Positions 57,372-64,000 of a stretch of 64,000 nt of DNA are shown piece after piece. This DNA is from Candidatus Latescibacterota bacterium (GTDB taxonomy: Bacteria; Latescibacterota; UBA2968). The notes beneath the pieces were generated by a model. The model had not been told where the DNA came from. It searched no databases and was given only the letters and a program-made list of their open reading frames with translations. The position numbers and the translations under genes were made by a program. Numbering within the stretch: position 1 is the first letter of the stretch; each line of letters begins with the position of its first letter. Location: NCBI GenBank assembly GCA_965222605.1, contig OZ244960.1:2752001-2816000 (forward strand). Reading direction: 5' to 3'.

Positions 57372-59051
57372 TCACCCATCTTCATGTCTCCCCTTCGCGG
57401 GAAAGATCCCTGTGGGACGCAACTGCAAAAAGAGGATAATAAGACCCAAAATGAGAACCTTGGCATAAACGGCTTCGGCGAAGGGTTCAATAACTTTATT
57501 GGAAATGCCAATGCCGAGACCCGCGACAATAGTTCCCAAAATTTTTCCAACACCGCCTACCACAACCACGAGAAAAGCATCGACAATATAGGTCTGTCCC
57601 ATATTCGGAACCACATTGCCAATAAGCGTCATAGCCCATCCCGCGATCCCTGCGATACCCGTACCCATAAAAAAGGCAATCGCATCAACGCGACGGGTGG
57701 GAATACCCATACAAGCACTCATCCCGCGATTTTGTGTGACAGCGCGCAACCGAAGACCAAACCGGGTCTTAAAGAAAAAAGCGACCAAACCAATCAGGAT
57801 GATCGAGGTAAGACCTATGATGAAAAGTCGGTTATAAGGCAACAGCACCTGTGGTGCTAACTCGAAACCGCCGCTGAGAATCTGGGGCAATTTGACAGCT
57901 GTGAGATCGCCAAAGATCGTGCGCGCGAGTTGCACGAGAATGAGACTAATACCCCACGTCGCCAACAGGCTTTCGAGAGGACGATTGTAAAGACGGCGAA
58001 TAATTAGAGACTCGACGAGCAACCCCATACCGCCAGCCGTGAGAAATGCAATCGGTAAAGAAAGCGGAAAAAACAGATCGATATAGGCAACAGGCAGGAC
58101 AATCAGGCAAATATTCTGAACAATAAACGTAAAATAAGCCCCAACCATCATAAATTCACCGTGCGCCATATTGATAATACCGATCTGCCCATAAATAACC
58201 GCCAGACCAAGCGCAACCAGAATCAAAATAGAACCCAGGCTGAGACCGACAAAAGCGGTCTGGATCACAACCATAATCTGGTTAAACGTTTCCAGCCACT
58301 GAATCGCATCGCGTATTTCGCTTTGAACCGCGGGATCCAACTCGGCAATATTGCCGTTGGCATCGGGTTCAACACGAGCGTGTAAAAAAGAAAGGACAAA
58401 TGTATTGTTGAGTCCACCCAGCGCTTTGGCCGCATTGAGACGAACCTCGGCGTCGGGATGTGTGAGTTCGAGTTTGCCCAGAGCAACGCGGATCAGACTT
58501 TGAATGTTGCTATCCGTTTCTTTTTTTAGGGCATCTCGCAGCGCGGGGATTGCATCCAGGTCACCGCGATTACCCAGCGTCTCTACAGCAACGCGGCGTT
58601 TGCCGGAATCCGGATGAAACATCTCCATCTGCGTGAGATAGGGTTGAATAAGCGCGCGGATGCGGCGGTTGCTGTCAATCTCTTCGAGATCGATCAGCGG
58701 CGCGATAAGGGGCTTGCCCTCATCGTTTAAAATGGGATGGCGTTTGGGATAGGCGGTATAGAGCGGAGCCAGAATATCGCCATAATCGTCTTCTTGCATA
58801 TCGCCGATAATGACGAGATCGTTATTCTTCAGATAGAGTTCACCGTTGAAAAGCGCGACCATCAGGGCATAATGAGCAACATCTTTAGCATCGGCAATAG
58901 CTCTGACAGCCGTTGTGACGCTATCGCGGTTATTGCTGGCAATGCGCCCGTGTTGCAACTGGTGATCTATCTGTGCCTGGATGGGCGATGCGCCCAAAAT
59001 GAGGACCAACGCGCAGATAGAGCGCAAAAAATTGTGGCGTTTTATTTTCAT
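57372..59051 (-). CDS. urtB: Urea ABC transporter permease UrtB with N-terminal HEAT-repeat periplasmic domain
   Basis: GLSLGSIL, INMAHGEFMMVGAY, LLATWGISL, RAVTQNR. Confidence 0.92.
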   Translation of the reverse strand: MKIKRHNFLRSICALVLILGASPIQAQIDHQLQHGRIASNNRDSVTTAVRAIADAKDVAHYALMVALFNGELYLKNNDLVIIGDMQEDDYGDILAPLYTAYPKRHPILNDEGKPLIAPLIDLEEIDSNRRIRALIQPYLTQMEMFHPDSGKRRVAVETLGNRGDLDAIPALRDALKKETDSNIQSLIRVALGKLELTHPDAEVRLNAAKALGGLNNTFVLSFLHARVEPDANGNIAELDPAVQSEIRDAIQWLETFNQIMVVIQTAFVGLSLGSILILVALGLAVIYGQIGIINMAHGEFMMVGAYFTFIVQNICLIVLPVAYIDLFFPLSLPIAFLTAGGMGLLVESLIIRRLYNRPLESLLATWGISLILVQLARTIFGDLTAVKLPQILSGGFELAPQVLLPYNRLFIIGLTSIILIGLVAFFFKTRFGLRLRAVTQNRGMSACMGIPTRRVDAIAFFMGTGIAGIAGWAMTLIGNVVPNMGQTYIVDAFLVVVVGGVGKILGTIVAGLGIGISNKVIEPFAEAVYAKVLILGLIILFLQLRPTGIFPAKGRHEDG

Positions 59052-59072
59052 GCGTTTAAAATGGTAAAACGG

Positions 59073-59100
59073 GTAGGGGCGAGGCATGCCTCGCCCCTAC
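59073..59100. repeat. Perfect 28-bp palindrome, GTAG-type REP
   Basis: GTAGGGGCGAGGCA|TGCCTCGCCCCTAC. Confidence 0.85.
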
Positions 59101-59103
59101 TGA

Positions 59104-60003
59104 TTAAAACGTAAAGATAGATTCAAAAGCAAACAGGGTTACTTCTGAATCAATATCGCGGCGCAATTCGGCCAACACACCCCAGTTATCGGTAATCGTA
59201 TAGCTGGGACTAAAAGTAATCTCCGTGAACTTTCCATCGGCATCTGTATCCAGACCACTGTAGCGCACGGTGGCACCAACGTTGTCAGATAAAGCCACAT
59301 TGCCCATTAAAATCCAGCCAAAGCCACTATTGTCTTTGGCTCCCCAGTTCGCCAGATAGTTATATTCGGCGGCCAGCGTGACAGGACCCGTAGCATACAT
59401 TGCCCAACCATTGAGAAGCGATTGTTCAAAACTACCCATATCTTCCCAGATGTATGCAACCTTGGCCGTAAATGCTTCAACAGGTGTAAAAGCAACCTGT
59501 GCTTCAAAACCCAGATCGTCAAAACTGGTATCGGATCCATCCCACACGCTGGAGACAACAGACCCAAAGAAGCCGACTTTGCCATTCCCAAAACCCACAG
59601 CGGCACCGTTTTGATAACCACCATAAACAAGTGTGGCAGAATAAGAGTATTGATACAGACCGGTGGGTTCGGCAGTCTCCCAGCCCGAACAACTCAAAAA
59701 CTTACCCCCCGTAATACTGAATCCATTCGGTGCTTTGTAGGTCACAAAAGCCTGCTCGAGATCTACAGATCCACCACTGAGGCTATTGATATCGGCCTGG
59801 GCTGATAGCCCGTGTCCATAATTGTAGAGCAAATCAACTTCAAACTGATCAAAGGACAGATTATTGGCTTTGGATTCCGTATCGTACGTTGACGACATAT
59901 CGAAAAATCCCGTAATCGTGAAATTATCTGTAATTTTGATTTGAGCGAATGACGAAGTGGCGGAAAAGGCCAGGATCGTGAGAAGCAGCAACAATTTTTT
60001 CAT
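59104..60003 (-). CDS. Outer-membrane beta-barrel porin within the urt operon
   Basis: Signal peptide, LEQAFVTY, GKF...GWE, C-terminal Phe. Confidence 0.8.
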   Translation of the reverse strand: MKKLLLLLTILAFSATSSFAQIKITDNFTITGFFDMSSTYDTESKANNLSFDQFEVDLLYNYGHGLSAQADINSLSGGSVDLEQAFVTYKAPNGFSITGGKFLSCSGWETAEPTGLYQYSYSATLVYGGYQNGAAVGFGNGKVGFFGSVVSSVWDGSDTSFDDLGFEAQVAFTPVEAFTAKVAYIWEDMGSFEQSLLNGWAMYATGPVTLAAEYNYLANWGAKDNSGFGWILMGNVALSDNVGATVRYSGLDTDADGKFTEITFSPSYTITDNWGVLAELRRDIDSEVTLFAFESIFTF

Positions 60004-60052
60004 TTTTTTCTCCTTTTACGGGCGGAGCAAGCTAATTGCGCCGCCCTATTCA

Positions 60053-61318
60053 CTACTGTTTGAGAGTATAGGTTCCCATGTGCTTGACATGATCGCAATC
60101 TTTGTCCGCACTCGTGATATCGTCCCAGGGATCGGGAGCGACGAGGCCATCGGTCTCATATACAATTTTGAATTGACCGTTCTTGCGGATTTCGCCAATC
60201 AGCACGGGCTTGTGCAGGTGGTGGTTCACCGCATCCATCATCACCGTACCGCCCGGACCGTCAAATGTGAGGCCGTAAAGCGCGGGACGCACAGCGTCAA
60301 CATCAAAAGAACCGGCTTTTTCCACGGCGGCTTTCCAAAGATAAACACCCACATAAGACCACACGATGGGATCGTCGGTAACGCGCTTGGCACCACCGGG
60401 CAACCCGTTTGCCGCGCAGTAATCCTTAAACTTCTTCACAAACGCGCGATTTTCCGCAACGGGAATAGATTGGAAATAATTCCAGGCAGCCAGATGACCG
60501 ACGAGAAAATCCGTGTCCATTGACCGCAATTCGTCTTCAGCAACAGAAAATGCCATAATCGGACACATTGCCGATGTGAGACCCTGATTGGCAAATTCCT
60601 TGTAGAACGGAACATTGGAATCGCCATTAATAGTGGATAAGACAGCGGCGTCGCCATTGGCGGCAAAGCGTTTGATCTTCTGAATTATGGTCTGATAGTC
60701 CTGATGGTGAAACGGAGTATATTCTTCAATAATATTTTCTTCGGGCACGCCCTTATGCAGCAAGAAAGCGCGGAGAATCTTATTCGCGGTACGCGGGAAA
60801 ACATAGTCCGTACCCAGCAAATAAAACTTCTTATAACTGCCACCCTCTTCACTCATCAGATATTCAGCAGCGGGAATCAGTTGCTGGTTGGGCGTAGCAC
60901 CGGTGTAAATAATATTGCGAGAACACTCTTCCCCTTCATATTGAACGGGATAAAAGAGCAAGCCATTGCTCTCTTCAAAAACCGGCAAAACAGATTTGCG
61001 CGAAACCGAAGTCCAGCAGCCAAAAGTCACGGCGACCTTCTCTTCTCTAAGCAACGATTTGGCTTTTTCGGCAAACAGATCCCAATCCGATGCCGGGTCA
61101 ACAACCACGGGTTCAATTTTCTTGCCCAGCACGCCGCCACTGGCATTGATTTCACCAATAGTCATAAGCACGACATCGCGCAAAGAGACCTCAGAGATAG
61201 CCATGGTCCCGCTGAGAGAGTGCAATACGCCGAGTTTAACGGTTTCTTCTGCGTGAACAGTAAGACCTGTGGTGCACAGCAGGGCAGCGGCAAACAACAT
61301 ATTCAGAAACTTTTTCAT
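60053..61318 (-). CDS. urtA: Urea ABC transporter substrate-binding protein UrtA
   Basis: LHSLSGTMAISE, FGCWTSVSRK, FYPVQYEG, GTDYVFPRTAN. Confidence 0.96.
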   Translation of the reverse strand: MKKFLNMLFAAALLCTTGLTVHAEETVKLGVLHSLSGTMAISEVSLRDVVLMTIGEINASGGVLGKKIEPVVVDPASDWDLFAEKAKSLLREEKVAVTFGCWTSVSRKSVLPVFEESNGLLFYPVQYEGEECSRNIIYTGATPNQQLIPAAEYLMSEEGGSYKKFYLLGTDYVFPRTANKILRAFLLHKGVPEENIIEEYTPFHHQDYQTIIQKIKRFAANGDAAVLSTINGDSNVPFYKEFANQGLTSAMCPIMAFSVAEDELRSMDTDFLVGHLAAWNYFQSIPVAENRAFVKKFKDYCAANGLPGGAKRVTDDPIVWSYVGVYLWKAAVEKAGSFDVDAVRPALYGLTFDGPGGTVMMDAVNHHLHKPVLIGEIRKNGQFKIVYETDGLVAPDPWDDITSADKDCDHVKHMGTYTLKQ

Positions 61319-61666
61319 ACGTGTGATTCCTCCATCAGTTATGTGTGGTTCCTCCCAAAAACAAAATCTTCTTAAACATTTACCTCTAACGGGTCAGCCA
61401 ACAAAAAGCCTCCTTTCCACAAGGTGATACCCGATGTAATCATTTTGACAGGCAAAAAATTAACGTCAAATTATTTCAACAAGATTAAACAGAGATAAAC
61501 TCGGGGTTTCTTTGTTTTTTTTATTTTGAGCTGAAATTTGAAGCCAGTACTCGTTTTCAACGTGGATTTTCTGCTGTATTTGGAATATCTTAAACATGGT
61601 CGTTGACAACGGCGGTTTGTTATCCATAAGATTAAATCGCGATATCCTCTCAGAAATGAGGTTTGC

Positions 61667-62074
61667 ATGACAATCCCAGAACGAATTGACGAATTTCTCA
61701 AGGGAAAAGTATTCGGTGTTATCGGCGCATCGCGGGATCGAGCAAAATACGGCAACAAGATCTTGCGGTGTTATCTACAGAACGGATTGACGGCTTATCC
61801 CATCAATCCCAAAGAGACGAAGATTGAAGGACAACCCTGTTTTCCCGACCTGAATTCACTGCCCGAACCAGTTCACGGCATTTCAATAATCACACCACCG
61901 CCTGTGACAGAGACCATAATCCCTCAAGCTTTCGAAGCGGGCATTCAACATGTGTGGATGCAACCAGGCGCCGAGAGTCCAAAGGCGATAGCGACGGGAG
62001 AAGAATTGGGGCTTTCGGTTATCGGCGATGGTTCGTGTTTGCTCGTGGTATTGGGCTATCGAGAAGATGGATGA
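61667..62074 (+). CDS. CoA-binding domain protein (YccU-like)
   Basis: VIGASRDRAKYG, YPINP, VWMQPGAE. Confidence 0.9.
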   Translation: MTIPERIDEFLKGKVFGVIGASRDRAKYGNKILRCYLQNGLTAYPINPKETKIEGQPCFPDLNSLPEPVHGISIITPPPVTETIIPQAFEAGIQHVWMQPGAESPKAIATGEELGLSVIGDGSCLLVVLGYREDG

Positions 62075-63219
62075 AAGAGATGAAAATTTACGTGTTTTTG
62101 ATCTCTTGTTTCCTCACTATTGCACTTTGTGAAGCCAATGACAGGATTGAGACAGCCAAAGCGCAGACATATCAAGCCATTGATCTGCACCCATTGAGAG
62201 ATGGGATGAGTCACTGGCGCAAGCGATATGGACGCGACCGCAACGACCCGATGTACGATCCGTCGCAGATTGTACATATTGCTGAGAACATGCTGACTTA
62301 CCAGAACGCAGATGGTGGCTGGCCCAATAATGTAGATTGGCAGGCGCAGATTGACCCCGATACAGTCAGAGCGATCAAAGGCGAACGGCGGATGGTCAGC
62401 ACATTTGACAATCACAATACGTTTGCACAGATCGATTATCTGGCCAAGGTGTACGTTACGACTGACCTGGAGCGGTATCGAAATGCCGTCGAAAAGGGTT
62501 TGGGCTATATATTGCACGAACAACATCCCACGGGTGGATGGCGCGGTTGGGATGTGGATGCTATTACCTATAATGACGGTGTGATGATTGGCGTGATGGC
62601 ACTGTTGAGAGATGTGGTGGATCGCAAGCCTCAATTTGCATGGGTAAGCGATGATTTGCACGCCAAAGCCAAAGCCGCACTGGATCGAGCGATTGATGTA
62701 ACGCTAAAATGTCAGATTGTCGTCGAAGGCAAAAAAACGGGATGGTGTCAGCAACACGATCATATAACTTATGAACCCGTGAAAGCGCGCACTTATGAAT
62801 TGCCGTCCATTACCGCGGGACAAACAGCGAATATCGTGCGTTTTTTAATGGCTATTGAAGACCCGAGTGCCGAGATAGTTGATGCAATTGAAAGTGCGGT
62901 GCGATGGTTTCAAAAGGCAAAAATAGAAGGCATCCGTCTCAAGCGCATTGAAATAGACCCCACGCGTTTCAGGAATCACACGGCAACCACAGACCTCGTC
63001 GTTGTCAAAGACCCGGACGCACCGCCTTTGTGGGCGCGTTTTCACGAGATTGGTACAAACCGCCCCTTTATGGCGAACCGGGATGGCAACAAAGTCTATT
63101 CTCTATCAGAGGTCGCCCTGGAAAGGCGAACCGGATATGCATGGTATGGCTACTGGCCCGCGCGAATTTTGGAAAAGGATTATCTCAGGTGGAAAAACAA
63201 AAACAGGAGAAAGCAATGA
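62071..63219 (+). CDS. Pectate lyase, PL10 (PelA-15E type)
   Basis: YQNADGGWP, STFDN, ITYNDG.M, WCQQHD, ARTYE, LWARF.E, ERRTGYAWY. Confidence 0.9.
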   Translation: MKEMKIYVFLISCFLTIALCEANDRIETAKAQTYQAIDLHPLRDGMSHWRKRYGRDRNDPMYDPSQIVHIAENMLTYQNADGGWPNNVDWQAQIDPDTVRAIKGERRMVSTFDNHNTFAQIDYLAKVYVTTDLERYRNAVEKGLGYILHEQHPTGGWRGWDVDAITYNDGVMIGVMALLRDVVDRKPQFAWVSDDLHAKAKAALDRAIDVTLKCQIVVEGKKTGWCQQHDHITYEPVKARTYELPSITAGQTANIVRFLMAIEDPSAEIVDAIESAVRWFQKAKIEGIRLKRIEIDPTRFRNHTATTDLVVVKDPDAPPLWARFHEIGTNRPFMANRDGNKVYSLSEVALERRTGYAWYGYWPARILEKDYLRWKNKNRRKQ

Positions 63220-64000
63220 TCTATCGAACATTTGGCAAAACGGGATGGCGTGTTTCAGTCGTTGGATTGGGAACCTGGAACCTGGGCAACCAGTGGGGCG
63301 AGTTGAGCGATCGAGAGGCAACCGATATTTTATTGGCGGCAATTGACAATGGGATGAACTTGCTGGACACCGCCGAATCTTATGGCATCCCCAACGGGAT
63401 GAGTGAATTGCGCATCGGCAAAACCCTGACATCCTCAATGCGCGACAAGCTGATTATCGTGAGCAAAATAGGCAACTGGGGGAGTCGCACCGACGCGCAT
63501 GTGCCAAAGACGGGTCCTGATGCCATTCGCCTGTGTGGACACGCGTGTTTGGGCCGCATGCAAACCGACCGGATCGATGTCATGTTGTGCCATGAAAGCG
63601 GTATTGAGGACCCAACCGTTTATATTGAGGGCTTTGATGCCCTGTGCGAAGAGGGTTTTATCCGCACCTATGGTATTTCGACCAATAGCCTGAATGTGCT
63701 GAAAAACTTCTACGAACTGTCAAACGGTATTTGTGCCGTAGTAGAAGTGGATTATTCACTGATCAATCGCGAACCAGAAGCGGGATTTCTCGATTATTGC
63801 ACAGAAAAAAATCTGGGCATCCTCGTACGAGGCCCATTGGCCAAAGGCGTTTTATCTGGCAAATACAATCGCGAAAGCGTATTTGGCGACACCGTGCGCG
63901 ACGATTGGAATGTGGGACAATCAGATCGCAAAAAATACGAGGAAATGCTGGACAAGCTGGAAGCGATCAGAGAAGCCATTGGAGACGATTCAAAACTCGT
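63216..64000 (+). CDS. Aldo/keto reductase (runs off the window end; not in the ORF track)
   Basis: MIYRTFGKTGWRVSVVGLGTW...LDTAESYG...VSK; ATGA overlap with the pectate lyase. Confidence 0.92.
   Translation, partial: MIYRTFGKTGWRVSVVGLGTWNLGNQWGELSDREATDILLAAIDNGMNLLDTAESYGIPNGMSELRIGKTLTSSMRDKLIIVSKIGNWGSRTDAHVPKTGPDAIRLCGHACLGRMQTDRIDVMLCHESGIEDPTVYIEGFDALCEEGFIRTYGISTNSLNVLKNFYELSNGICAVVEVDYSLINREPEAGFLDYCTEKNLGILVRGPLAKGVLSGKYNRESVFGDTVRDDWNVGQSDRKKYEEMLDKLEAIREAIGDDSKL

Noticed and set aside
61435-61450. TGTAA-N6-TGACA upstream of urtA as a GlnR/NtcA box
   Set aside because: Spacing is one base short of TGTNA-N7-TNACA and it mismatches GTA-N8-TAC; a single imperfect instance is insufficient

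Overview
Bacterial chromosomal window of about 50% GC with several AT-richer inserts. The mix of sulfatase, polysaccharide lyases, enolase-superfamily dehydratases, cohesin/dockerin/LRR/FlgD-tail secreted proteins, TA modules and decayed genes resembles Latescibacterota/Poribacteria-type (often sponge-associated) genomes; that taxonomic hint is inference only. Left to right: a partial sulfatase; a secreted protein whose 3' end carries a solo TnpB (IS200/IS605, IS1341-like) element; a cytochrome c maturation operon (ccmE[Cys type]-F-H-orf ... orf-ccmA-B-C-D) split by a 3.6-kb insert of decayed genes; trmH; a TA/defence-like patch (MNT, HicB, MNT-HEPN, divergent RelA/SpoT protein plus partner) that hides a UGA-containing SelW/Rdx selenoprotein with a SECIS hairpin; housekeeping genes (M32 carboxypeptidase, nucleoside hydrolase, rsgA, two LolC/E permeases); an ~8-kb block of cohesin/dockerin-like secreted proteins bracketed by a 52-bp direct repeat of a gene 3' end; a sugar-acid catabolic cluster; a type II R-M pair; a eukaryote-like urease cluster with urtABCDE and a porin; a PL10 pectate lyase; and a partial aldo/keto reductase. 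No rRNA, tRNA, CRISPR array, integrase or reverse transcriptase was seen. Family calls come from motif recognition and memory, not database searches.
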